A DNA stretch of 60,230 nucleotides, counting the filler, from Dugesia japonica (taxonomy: Eukaryota): assembly GCA_001938525.1 (NCBI GenBank). It is 5 parts of 5 records of this genome, joined end to end, with 100 filler letters (N's around TTAATTAATTAA, not from the genome) between each part and the next. Parts side by side here need not be neighbours in the genome. Positions count along the whole stretch, not along the records: positions 26,734 to 36,786 come from MQRL01357635.1; positions 36,887 to 49,069 come from MQRL01635429.1; positions 49,170 to 60,230 come from MQRL01627255.1; 2 more parts are not named here. The stretch is one strand, 5' to 3'. The position numbers and the translations under genes are program-made. This document shows, piece after piece, positions 36,726 through 49,344 of the stretch. Numbering within the stretch: the stretch's first letter is position 1; each line of letters begins with the position of its first letter. Below the pieces are notes generated by a model, which was given only the letters and a program-made list of their open reading frames with translations, ran no database searches and had not been told where the DNA came from.

Positions 36726-37576
36726 ACTTTTTGTCTATAAGATTTGGTGATTTTATGTTTACATATTTGGAATAAGTGAAAGATTCNNNNNNNNNNNNNN
36801 NNNNNNNNNNNNNNNNNNNNNNNNNNNNNNTTAATTAATTAANNNNNNNNNNNNNNNNNNNNNNNNNNNNNNNNNNNNNNNNNNNNTATATATATATATA
36901 TATATATACTGCATCAAGTAAATGAAGTTATTCAACAAAGAAGTCCAAATAGTTATCCTATTCTATAATATCAGACCACACATCAAAGCTATTCTCAAAA
37001 ATCTTCAGTGGAAGGTTCTTTAACACCCTCTGTATTCTCCAGACCTAGCACCAACGGATTACCATATATTTTGTTCACTGTCCAACCAAATGACGTATAT
37101 TACCTGTAACAATGCAAATGATACGGAAAAGTGGCTTAACAAATTCTTCGAGACCAGACCTAGTGAATTCTGACGTAATGATGTCGATAGTATGGTGGAA
37201 GCAGGTAAAAAATAGTGAGAAATTACATTAATGATTACCGTGAATTATTATTCTAAAAATTGCTCTAAAATTTTGTTTGAAATTATTAAAAAATCACGGA
37301 AAGTTATGTCACAAATATTGAAGTTACTTGATTATGGCGTCCCAGGAGATACCCAGTCTGCCCCTTCTTAACNNAGAACTGACACCAACGTTCATATCAA
37401 TACTTTTATAACTTGTTTTACTACTTTCTAGAAATATGAATGTTTTCATAGATAAAATGCTGAATTTTACTGTGTTAGCTATCCTAATTTGATTTTCATT
37501 ATTTAATTTAGTAAAATAACATTAAAAAAATTATTAAAAATATTGAATTTTAATTAATATAATCTTCGAAAAATTC

Positions 37577-38472
37577 CTACTTAAATCGAGAAATTAATTT
37601 CGTTAAATTTTTTTGCTTTATTTTTAATACAGTATAATTTAATAAAATTGATCATTTACTAACCTTCGTTCTATAATTACAAAACCAAGTCTGAACAACT
37701 TTAACTGGTAAATTTAGTTCATCAGCAATATATGCACGTTGCTAAAAAAGAAATCAAATAATTTTTTGCAACTACTTAAATTATAATTTACTTTAATAGA
37801 TGGATTTTGATATTTTAAATAAAAATTTTCTAAATATTGTCTTTGATCAGAAGAGATTTTTGTTTTCCGCCGAACTCCATTGTGCTCTGGGGGGTTATCT
37901 GATTTATGAGACTGTGGTTTAGAGATTTGAGTTACAGCAGAACTGCTTATGCGACCATTTTCGTAGTCTTGTTTACATATTAAAAATCCATTGTTAATTA
38001 CAAATTTATCGCCTTTGGAAATAAGATTTTTACAATAATTACATTTGAAACATGATAAATGATATGGTTGGTTTAGGCTATACATTGCAACTTCATGAGT
38101 TTGCATTGGTAGTTTGCAACCGAAACATTTTGTTACATATGAACTTCTAATATGATTGATAGTATATAATATTACAATTAAAACTAACTTATTATAACAA
38201 TTTCTACATAGCAAAGTATTTTTAACTAAAAAACATGTTTCATCTAACTGAATTTGACAATTATCACACTTGACACAAGACTTGTGCCAGTAACTATCAC
38301 CAATGACAAATAGGTGTTTTTCTTTAATGAGATCATTACACATTGCACAATTTATAATTGCCATTTTAATTTTCTTTTTAGTTTTTTTTGTAGAATGAGG
38401 CTCTTCTGTGGGTGTTTTAAATGCCTCTGAATTATCATTCAACCAATTACTACTTTGATCACTAAAATCCAT
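37577..38472 (-). CDS. LIM-homeodomain transcription factor, Lmx-like
   Basis: Two LIM domains plus homeodomain. Exons 38472-38189, 38146-37792, 37741-37664 and probably 37615-37577 (introns 42, 50 and 48 bp). Homeodomain RRKTKISSDQRQYLENFYLKYQNPSIK|QRAYIADELNLPVKVVQTWFCNYRTK|. Both homeodomain intron positions and KGDKFVINNGFLICKQDYE match Lmx1 as recalled. Confidence 0.88.
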
Positions 38473-39904
38473 TCCTGTGCAAAAATGAAGAAAATAATTA
38501 TGACATAAATAATTTGCGATTATAACAATGCATTTATTTTTAAAAATATTTTTAAAAAAAATTAGTTATAGCAAATTTATAAAAATTATACTTTTAGACT
38601 GTAAAATATCACCAGTAGCCATTGTCTACAATATTAAAGGCTATTATCGGCTTGAGATATATTTAAACAAATTCAAGTTTTGTTTATTTTTTAAAATTTA
38701 TTACTAATGTTAGAATTCAAAAGATTTTTATAAGAGTTGATATATAAATAACTTTTAACTTATTAATATATTTGAAAAAAGTTTTATTTTTGCTATAAAA
38801 ATAACAATAAAATATTTTCCTTAATAATTACGAATTAAAATAATTAAAAATTGGTAAGTATTTCTTTTATAGTAAAATATTAATATTTTAAAGTATAATT
38901 TTTTAGCATAATTTGTTGATAATTGGAATTTCTTACTAGTTACATCCACTAACTTTATCATATTAACTATTAATGAATTAAAATAAAAGATTGATTAGCA
39001 CTTATAAAAAATACTTAATATAACTTTTTAAAAGCAATATTGAATTGATTTTAGATAACAAATAAAGAAGCGACGTTCAAGTTATGGGAAAGGTTAAAAC
39101 TAGTTGATAATATATTCCATTAAAATTTTTCGAGAATAATACACGGAATGGTCAAGTAAGAAAAATTGACTAATTGCAAATAAAATAAATTTACGTTTAT
39201 GTTGTGGTACTCGCTATCTATATTACAATTATTTTTTTTAATCACATGCAATTATCGATTCAAAACTACAATCAACCTTGAGTAACTCAAAATTCTAGAG
39301 AATCAAAATTTTATCTATTGAACTGTAGTCGTAGATCAAACTTTATTATGCCGTATAATTTATTCAATCTATATCTTATGATCGAATCTGATTCAAAATA
39401 CGTGTTTATTAAATTTTATTTATTGAGAGCGGTTGTAATCTTAACTTTGTTTTGCATGTGAAAGAGTATCGTTTAAAAAAAGAAAGTGACCATTGACTCA
39501 ATGTAAAATGTTGTTATAGAGGTTGGTCATAAATAAAAATATACAAAACTTAATCATATATATTTTTAGTATTTTTTGATCCTCGTGGTATAGCAATTTA
39601 ACAAAAAAATTTTGACTTCAAATATTTTAATTTATTAGGCGTGTAAGTAAAATCTCCTTATTTATTCTAAATATTAATATAATAAAAAAAGAAAATACAT
39701 CAATTAAAATAACAGTTATTTGAATAAACTTTTATTTAATAATCACAAAACTTTACATTATAATGCTTAACTTCAAAATTAAACTAAAAATAAATGTATT
39801 GAATTTTAGTGAAAACCTTTCGACCAACTTGCTTCTACATAATTTAAGGAAGAACTCAGTAATATTTACTGACCTAATAAATTATTCTTACGGTGACACT
39901 AAAA

Positions 39905-39963
39905 AATTGCAGCGCGCCGCCTTTAATAAAAGGAACAATATATTTGATTTTTGGGAACCGCTA
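39905..39963. mobile_element. hAT-like terminal remnant
   Basis: GCGCGCCGC..TTTGGGAACCGCTA is the inverse of the TIR type at 23901. Confidence 0.4.
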
Positions 39964-40047
39964 ATATTAAATATGTTTTGCGGGAATGTATAATACCTGT
40001 AACGAAAAAGTCTAGCAGTATTTAAGGGCATATTTGATTTGAAAAAA

Positions 40048-40750
40048 CAGGTAAACCGCGATATAACGTACTTATCGGTGCAACAAAAAATGTACGCAAT
40101 ATCGAGGATACGTTTTAACGAGGTTTTGGATAATTTTTTTAAAAATTATTACGCAATACATAGTCAATATGATCTAATAATAATTTAAATAATTTACACG
40201 TTAAAAGTAATAAACAATGAATAGAAACATTCTGAGATAACAAATTTTATATTTTAAAAAAGTCTATTATTGAAGTTTATTTTCTTGTTGGTTTCAATGA
40301 ATTTGGAATGCTGCTTTGAAAGGATAGAAACAAATTTGTTGATATTTCTAGGTGCTGCTTTGGTAAAAATATTAAGAATTTATGAATAGTATCCGATGCA
40401 TAATTTTACTGACACACTGTTAGACAAATAGTTTTCTTGGCAATTAGCATATCTTCGTTATTTTTCCAGATTCAAATGACAAATCATTGTTTTCTGTAAG
40501 CATTGAAATTATTTCTTTAACCTTTAATTTTTCAGTATTCCTTATACTAGAGTCAAATTCAATAAATTCTTGTACATGTACTTGGTATTCGATGGGAAGA
40601 TTTTGCATATTCTCAATTATTACAGAAACATGAAAATAATAGGTTTGTCATGTGAAATATATGTATTCCATTCGATAAATTTCTTCACTATTTACTTGCT
40701 TCTCATCTAAGCCCTGCTTGCACATTAGTTTCTTGCTTACTCTTTGGTTG
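40048..40750 (-). mobile_element. pogo/Tigger-like remnant
   Basis: TIR-like CAGGTAAACCGCGATATAACG..CGTTTTAACGAGGTTTT. Minus-strand C-terminus *TSIIDFFK resembles a QxxIxxFF PIP box. Confidence 0.55.
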
Positions 40751-42022
40751 TCATGTGTTTCACTTTCTTTTAAATACCTAATTATCAGTGACATTTTTTG
40801 TAAAATCAAACTTTAGACTATAAAGCAAACATTATTATATAGTTTTGATATGGAAAATATGAGTTTCATTATAGAAAAAATTATAGACTTACCATATAAA
40901 AATTATTGAGTTATCATAGAAAAGATAAATTTTACCATTAGAAAATGAGTTTGGACATAGAAAATATTTAATAGANTAAATCTAGTCACTAATTATATTG
41001 CATTTATTCTATACATAATCATTTAATATGCTTAATTTGTCTATTTTTTATTAATTTTGACTTACTTTCCTACCATTTCCGATATTTTAGTCATTTACGA
41101 TCATTTACCATATATTTTCCGGATTTGCCCCTATTTAGTTATATTTTCCCTTTATTTCCCACCATTTCTCATCATTCATCTTTATTTGGGTATATTTAGC
41201 TATATTTAGCTATATTTAACATATTTTCACTATTTTCTATTTGGTTNTAATGCATATTTTCATAGACCTCACTTCAACAATCTTTAAAAAGTGTCATATT
41301 AATAAAAGAAGATAATAAGAATGAGTAAGACCTAGTATGATATGCATTTTATATAAAATAATATAACTATTTCAGTTTATTTTAATCATCTCGTTATCCT
41401 TCTGCTTCTTTGTTTGCTCCTTGGTTCTCTGCTTGCTCATTGGTTTTATGGGATTCTTTTTCCTTTTGATAGCCAATATTCAAATACAATGTTAGAAAAT
41501 AATAGTTCAACATAGAAAATACTGATATTATTATTAATAAATATTGGTATCAACATTGAAAATATTAGTTTCAATAGATAAATTTATGGTTTCATCAATA
41601 AAACAGAGTTTTATCATGAAAATGTTGGTTTTATTATTGAATATAAGACCGATAAATTAGATATATTAAATACACTAAATTAGGATTTATTGATATTTTC
41701 AACACATAGACCATTACAGGGAAAGCAAGTAATACTTTTTCAATTATTTCTTACTCAAATTATGTTTTGCTTTATTCTCAGTAAGTTTCTTTGCTTTAAG
41801 TTAGAAAAATTATAAGTAAGGACAAGAGTAAGACGTATCAAATTTACTAAACCTCGNNNNNNNNNNNNNNNNNNNNNNNNNNNNNNNNNNNNNNNNNNNN
41901 NNNNNNNNNNNNNNNNNNNNNNNNNNNNNNNNNNNNNNNNNNNNNNNNNNNNNNNNNNNNNNNNNNNNNNNNNNNNNNNNNNNNNNNNNNNNNNNNNNNN
42001 NNNNNNNNNNNNNNNNNNNNNN

Positions 42023-42839
42023 GTCGATAAAAATTCTATGAAATTTCACAGTAGTCGATAAATAAAACCGATTAGGTTTGCCCATATTTGACCTCATCGA
42101 TAAAACCTTACCCAAATTTTACCTAAATCACCCAAAAATTACCAATCCCGAGGAAAACTTTGACCAATTCACCCAAAAATTACCCAAACCAACTAATCCC
42201 GAGGAAAAATTCACCTGAACTAACCAAAAATTGACCTTATTCGACCTCACCAAGAAAACTTTCAACCACTTTCACCTAAATCACCCAGAAATTACCAATC
42301 CTGAGGAAATATTTGACCAAAACGCCTAAAAATTACCCAAACCAACCAATCCCGAGGAAATTATTGACTAAATTCACCTGAACCAGCCAAAAATCAACAT
42401 TATTCGACCTTACCGAATAAATTCCCAACTAAATACACAGGGAAATACAAAAACATTTACTGCTTAAAAACCTAAAAAATTTTCCTATTTAAATACATTG
42501 AAAAAATGAAAAACAGTTACCGCCTAAAAAGCTTAAAAATTTTCCAAACTAAATACACAGGGAAATTTAAAAAACAGTTAATCCTATTACGTAAAGTTTC
42601 ACCGATGAAATTAATCTGATGACATAATTTGTGTGCCAAATCTTTTCCCAGCTAAATACACAGGGAAATTTAAAAAACAGTAACGTAATAATGTCGCGAC
42701 GAAATTAATTACATTATGCAATGCACACAAATGTGTGCCGCCGACTATTTACATTAGAAAAATACAAAAACACTTATGTAATAATCCGATTACGTCGGGG
42801 TGGGGGGTTACCAAATGTGTGCTGTTCTTTCACACTACT
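42023..42839 (-). mobile_element. Polinton-type TIR with subterminal repeats
   Basis: Minus strand starts AGTAGT..GGTAACCCCCCACCCC. Internal repeats ACCAATCCCGAGGAAA and AAATACACAGGGAAAT. Abuts the truncated Gypsy integrase. Confidence 0.6.
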
Positions 42840-45440
42840 ATCTATTTTCTCTCGTTCAGCTAATCTAATAGATTTATGTTCATATGGAGACGTAAAGATC
42901 CATGAAATATTAAGCTTACTAGCTAGATTTTGTAAAAATTTCCCTTCAAATACTTCACCTAGGTCTGACACNATTTTCTGTGGTTTTTCAAATTTATAAA
43001 TCCAGTGGTTTAGTAGAGTACTTTTTACAGCGGTTTCATTTTGATTGTTTTTTGCAGCAAGATTAATCATTTTACTTAATTGATCGATGATAACAATCAT
43101 ATATCTTTTATTTGATCGACCAATATCCATATATGATATATCCATAATGATTTGTTCCATAGGATTACTTACTTCGCACGGAATAAACTTCTCTTGAACC
43201 TTTTCACTACTTATTTTCCTGCGCATGCAAAATTGACATTTTTTTATGATATTTTGAATATCTTTTATCATATTTGGCCAGAAAAAATAATCTGATACAT
43301 ATTTTATAGTTTTCTTCATTCTCGCATGACATAAATCTTTGTGTACTTTATTAACAAAGTCGTTTATTTCATTTGGTGGTCTTGCAATCTTAATGAACCG
43401 CATCACGTTCAATGCTTATCAAATCGTCTTCTACAAATAAATGATTCAAGTACTTTTTGGAAATTGATTCGTTTAGATCTTTAAGAATCTCTTTGTCTTC
43501 TCCAGAGAGGTATTTTTTCACTTTAATAAACAATTCATTACTGTTATATGTTAATATAGCTATTCAAATTGCCTACAAAATCATCTAAAACACTCAAATA
43601 TTTTACTTTAGACATCTTGACTTTAGCATCTGCATGTTTGGTTTGAAATTGAGAACAATAACTTAATATAATACGAAATATACCATCTGCGTTTGCGTGC
43701 TGTTCACCTTTCCTATATTTAAGCTCGAAATCATATTCTACCAATTCGGTTATCCAGGTTTGAAATTTTGGCATAATTGGCTTATGTGAACTCTTAATAA
43801 ATTCCAATCTCTTGTGATCAGTTCGTGCTACATAATTTTTCAAATATAAATAATGACGAAAATGTCTGGTAAATTCATATAACGCCAGCAATTCTTTACA
43901 TGTCACGCAATAATCTTTTTCATGAGCATTTAGTAACCTTGAGCCGTATAAAATGACCACATCACGACCGTTTTGAATTTTGCTCAATAATGCACCAATC
44001 CCACTAAAGCTAGCATCAGTATCCAATATGAATTAGTTGCTTGAATCCGGAAAACATAATATTGGCGTAGTACATAAAGCTTGTTTGATCTCATTAAAGC
44101 TTGTTTTGCACTTTTCAGTCCATTGGATTTTTATTTTATGGCTATCATTGCAGCATATAATGGTTTTGCAAGTAAAGAAAAAANNNNNNNNNNNNNNNNN
44201 NNNNNNNNNNNNNNNNNNNNNNNNNNNNNNNNNTTTAACAAACTTTCTGTAAGTTTGCTATGCCTAAAAAAGAACGTAATTGTTAAGTGCATTTTTGTAT
44301 TTCTGCTTTTGCAATTTCTGAGGCCTTTTCTGAATTGAGCCTCAATCCCTCTTTGCTAACTGTATGGCCTAAAATTAACAATTCACTTTGATATAATTTA
44401 CATTTATTTGGATTGATTTTGAGACCAGAATACTGAATTCTTTGAAATACATTTTCAAGTATTTTATCATGTTCTGATCGACTTTTTGCAAATATTAAAA
44501 TATCNTCAATATATACAGTTACATCTTTAAATAAAATTCAATCCAAAATTGTATGCATCAATTTCTGAAATGTAGCTGGAGCCGTTGATAACCCAAATGA
44601 CATACGATTGTAGCAATATTGTCTCTTCTTTTTTGAAAATGTAGTTTTAATCTTATCTTCTTCGCTTAATTCTACTTGATAATAAGCTTGTCCAACATCC
44701 AACGTTGAAAATATTGTACAACTACAAAGGTGATCAAACAAGGTTTGTGAATCTGGGATTGGGAATGAAAATTTTCATGTAGAATCATTTACCATTCTAA
44801 AGTCTTGGCACATTCTGATCGCGCCATTCTTTTTATCAACAATTACCATCAGAAAATTCCAAGCACTTCTACATTCTTTGATAATATCGCTTTCTATCAG
44901 TTGCTCAATCAATTCATCAATCTTCTGTTCAAGATTTATTGGTTGACGTCGAGGTTGTTATAGAATAGGGTTACCAACTGTTGGAATAAAATGTTTTACA
45001 ACATGTGTTTTTCCAAAAGTATCTGCCATAAATATACTTGAAAACTTTAGAAGCATTTCTTTTAAATCATTATCTTTTGGTTTAAACGCTGCTATTGATG
45101 CCTTAAAACGAACATTAACAGTGAATTTGCTGTTAATGTTCTCTGAGTCCAAAATATATAGCATTTTTAATTGAATATTACATGCATTAAACATATCAAT
45201 TCCACCAATAAATTCTGGATTTTTTACATCANNAATCACAATGTAAACAATTCTCGTCACATTTCCAAATTTCTATTTCAACTTTTCCAATTCCTGAACA
45301 ATTCACTACTTCTTTTAAAAATGCACCACTCAATTTAATATTGCATTTATCCAATTGAAAAGATATACACTCTCATCATAACTTTATTTAAATAAATATT
45401 CAGTTTTTTTTAATATTCAACTATTACTGCTCCCTTAATT
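42840..45440 (-). mobile_element. Ty3/Gypsy pol (RT-RNaseH-integrase), degenerate
   Basis: FSTLDVGQAYYQV, FGLSTAPATFQ, VYIxDILIF; DTDASFSGIGA, ELLAL, TDHKRL, NADG; HKDLCH..CQFC, MDISYM, SDLGEVF, LAER. Confidence 0.93.
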
Positions 45441-45444
45441 TGAT

Positions 45445-45690
45445 AGTTTAGACATGGTTTAGGAATATAGAAAAGTAATTCAACATCGTAATGCAGATAT
45501 GTTATCTAGACCAAGATGTGAGTTATGGGTACAGTGTCAAATGTTTGGAAAGAAAATTTGCTGAGAAAAGTGGTACGAGTCAGACGTTTCAGATAGAACT
45601 AAAGAAAAAATTTCAGACGTGATTACTAAAAGAGAATTCAAAGTGGGCGATGTTGTACTCATCAAGGTAGAAACAAGAAATAAAAGTCAA
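45445..45690 (+). mobile_element. Second Gypsy fragment (RNaseH end and integrase C-terminus)
   Basis: EYRKVIQHRNADMLSRPRC..QC; REFKVGDVVLIK. Confidence 0.65.
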
Positions 45691-47049
45691 AGTTCAAATT
45701 TGTATTGAACATTGACTTATACTTTACATAAATCTATTTAACTTTATTTTTTTATGTTTTAAGAAAATTTACATGATTTAATGAATTTTATTAAAGTTTA
45801 CAAATCCTTATGAAATTATATGTAACTTATTTCGTATGTAACTATATATTACGGAACCCAATCTATAATTTTATTGACATTTCTTGGTGTGTTAGTGACA
45901 GATAAACTTTCCGATAAGTCCAATAAATTCATTGAAATTTTATTTATGAAACGAAATTTCAAATCTTCAAATCTTATTTTTAAATACTGAATATTTAAAC
46001 AACGTTTTTAAATATTTTAAAAAATTCTTGAAATCTTTTATAACATTTTCNNNNNNNNNNNNNNNNNNNNNNNNNNNNNNNNNNNNNNNNNNNNNNNNNN
46101 NNNNNNNNNNNNNNNNNNNNNNNNNNNNNNNNNNNNNNNNNNNNNNNNNNNNNNNNNNNNNNNNNNNNNATTGAAATTAAAGTATATTGATATGAAATAG
46201 TATATATAAGAAATAGTGTCGGTTTATGTATGTATTTTTAATTTTTTAATTAATAATTAATTTTTTTAGTAATACTTCTTTAAATTTAAATTCCAGATAA
46301 AATAAAATATTAATTACTTACATTTATCTGTAAAAGCTATATTATTCAGAAAAAAGAAGCTATTTTAATTCGCCTGGTAATTCAATTGTTAGCAAATCAT
46401 CGAAAATTATCTTTTTATATGAAACGAACTTGTTTCATTACTAAATATTCAGTAATTTATTTATTGCTATTTAATTCTTAAATACTTATTTTTCCGGCTG
46501 TATTTTTTAAAGAAATACGTTTCATTGAACAGTTTATTAAATAACTGTTTACAGAATATTTTATCCGAATTGTTTAAAATAGACTTTTTTTCAAATATAA
46601 TATTAATTATTGATAACCTGTATTATGAAAATTGATTCGTAGTTTTCTTTTCAATTAAACTGCAGTTATACAAAACGATTGATAAATTTAAACTGGTATG
46701 ATTTTGTATATTTTGGACTAAAATAAGTAGTTTATTATTCATTTATGAAATCCATTGTTCAAATAAAATTACTGTTTGTGATCGTGATTAAATTTTTATT
46801 AAAGTCTCATTAAATTCGAAAATTTTTTGTGATTTNNNNNNNNNNNNNNNNNNNNNNNNNNNNNNNNNNNNNNNNNNNNNNNNNNATTGTTTAAAATTTT
46901 TTATATGAATATTATTTAATTTAATAGATGATTCAACAATAAACAAGGCATAAACAATAAATAAAATCTAAAATGTCAGTTACAATTTAAATTCATTTTT
47001 AGCTTTTGGAATGGTATTTAGATTGATAGATCCACCAAAAAGTAATTTA

Positions 47050-48495
47050 TGAATGACATTTAAATTAGGTATTTTATGATTTCAAGTAAATTAAAACTGA
47101 AATATTATTAGATTTAATTTCATACCGTTCATTAAACATACACTAAACTCGAAACATTTTTAATTTCTCTTACTCAATTATGATATGCTTTTAATCTAAT
47201 AAAAGTGTTCTTATTTAGGAAAATTAATTCAAAAAAAGTTGTATTATTTATTTTTTAATTTTAACTGATTTAAGGAAATATGTTTATAAATATACCATTT
47301 ATGTTTAGGCTTAATCAAATTTTAACTTAATAATAAATTTAATAATTTTTTATGCGACTCACGTTTCTTTTTAAGTTCATTGATCTTTTTACGGGCTTAA
47401 AGCTCCAATCTTAACGTTGTAATCTTAACGTTTCGTTTTCGGTTTCATTTTCTTGAGCTCCTTGACTTCTGGTTCGCGAAATCACTGAATTAATAATTCC
47501 TCTGGCAGTTGACATTTCTGAACAAGGTCATTTAATTTGTGCTATTTATTTGTTTATCGAAAAATCTAATATTAATTAGACTTCGTAATTTCTTACACTA
47601 CCTTTATTAATTAACTATAGTAAAGAAAATTTGAAATTTTTATTTTTCTAACTATTCGTGAGAGATAAATAGAGATGCTTATACTTCTTCAAGGCTGCCA
47701 GTGTCTTGATTGAATCCAACTGGTTCCTTTTCTGAGACACAGCATTTCGAACACGAAAAATTTGTTCAGTTCGATTAAGTCGTTCTGCAAATATATCCGT
47801 TGTGGGTGTTGTAGAAAGGCTGGGTTTTGATCTAGCAGCTTTTCAAATGGTAGCCGAAATCGTTAATCTCCACCAGTTGTACAGCATATATTTTTCCACT
47901 CTTCCTTCCAATGGTTGTATTTTCTGAGCTCCCGGACTATCAACCCTTTGCCTTCTTAAAGTTAAGTTAAAATTTTTAATTTTGACTAAAATTTAAAATT
48001 TAATTAATAATTATGAATAAATTTAAATTGTACACCCCCTTTCCTTATCCTCTCGAAGGTTTATGACTTGTAACATTGCCGAAATCTACTCCTTTTCATT
48101 CTAATCTGTCCAGATTTTCTTATCCCGTTTCCTTACCGTTGTCTGAGCCGGAGTTATTCTTCATCACTTGTCTCACTAATTAATATTTGTTTTTATGAAC
48201 TAATTAATTAATAATTTCTTTATTTTTTCTATTTTATTTTTATTAATTTTATCAAATTTAATTCGATTTTCCACTGTATTTTAATTATAGCTGATCAGGT
48301 TTCTCCGTCTTTCCTATTCTAATAATTTTCTTTTACTTTTATTATTTTCATAATTAATTTCTATTTATTTCTCAATTAGTTTACTGGACTTCTGATTTTT
48401 ATTAATTTTTTTATATTGTTCTTAATTGATCGAAACTGCTTGTTTGGGGCCCCTTTTCTTTTAATCGTTTTTTCTCTGGGTGCTTTACCCCAACA
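47050..48495 (-). mobile_element. Possible member of the 15775-18801 TG...CA family in opposite orientation
   Basis: Minus-strand start TGTTGGGGTAAAGCAC versus TGTTGGGTTAGAACAC; GC-richer internal patches. Other end and TSD not located. Confidence 0.35.
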
Positions 48496-49344
48496 TTATG
48501 ATTAAATTTTACAGCACTAAAGAAAAAAATTACTCTTTGCAAATGTATTCTAAGATTCTGCCATTGATACATGAGTGTTGAAAAGTATGATAGAATTTTG
48601 CCAATTGTAAGATTTAGAAACGTGGTAAATAAATTTGAAAGAGTGTTAATATTACTGCATTTGGATTATATAATTCCAAAGTCAGATTGCAGGAACGTAT
48701 AACATTATTGGCCCACCAATCATTACCAGGAGTTACATCAAATCTTTTCTCCTTGACCAATCACCTCACCAGCTTTTTTTACTTTCACCGCAGTAATTGT
48801 GTCATCAAATTCTCTGTTTTCTCCCTCTTCTTTATGTGGTTTGAGTGACAGCGATTTTGGTTTACCAAATTTATGTTGTCCCTACGGTAAATTCTTTGTT
48901 GATAATAAGATTAATTCACATTTTGTTTCATATTTTAGATTTGGTTTTTTCAAAATCAATTTGTGTCTAAATCTGAGTCTATTCGAATGGATTAAGATAA
49001 TTGTTAAGTAATAATAAGAGAGAGAGATAAGTAATGATATCAAAAATGTGTATTTCACAACAATGCTATNNNNNNNNNNNNNNNNNNNNNNNNNNNNNNN
49101 NNNNNNNNNNNNNTTAATTAATTAANNNNNNNNNNNNNNNNNNNNNNNNNNNNNNNNNNNNNNNNNNNNTATAGGCATATAATTCCATAAAGATAGAAAT
49201 AAAATCCTAATAATAAAAATATTTGTTAAATAAAATTTCGATGAAAAATTTTGATTTGAAAACAATATATTTTATTTTAATATTTACGAGTTTCAAATTA
49301 GAATTTCAAGTTATTAAAGGAAAACAATAAAATAAATAATTTTA

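Larger units (their letters stand above)
31206..36786 (+). mobile_element. Polinton/Maverick (adintovirus-like) element, copy C: left terminus to gap
   Basis: AGTAGATATGAAA terminus, AAATGTC subterminal repeats (31270-31370), then full-length pPolB, a pX-like ORF and two further ORFs. Confidence 0.85.

Noticed and set aside
37714-38472. 252-aa single-exon ORF
   Set aside because: Reads through a 42-bp intron and into a 50-bp intron; the spliced model restores homeodomain helices 2-3.
48500-49010. Coding-like stretch
   Set aside because: The minus-strand frames contain stops and neither they nor the short plus-strand ORF show a recognisable motif.
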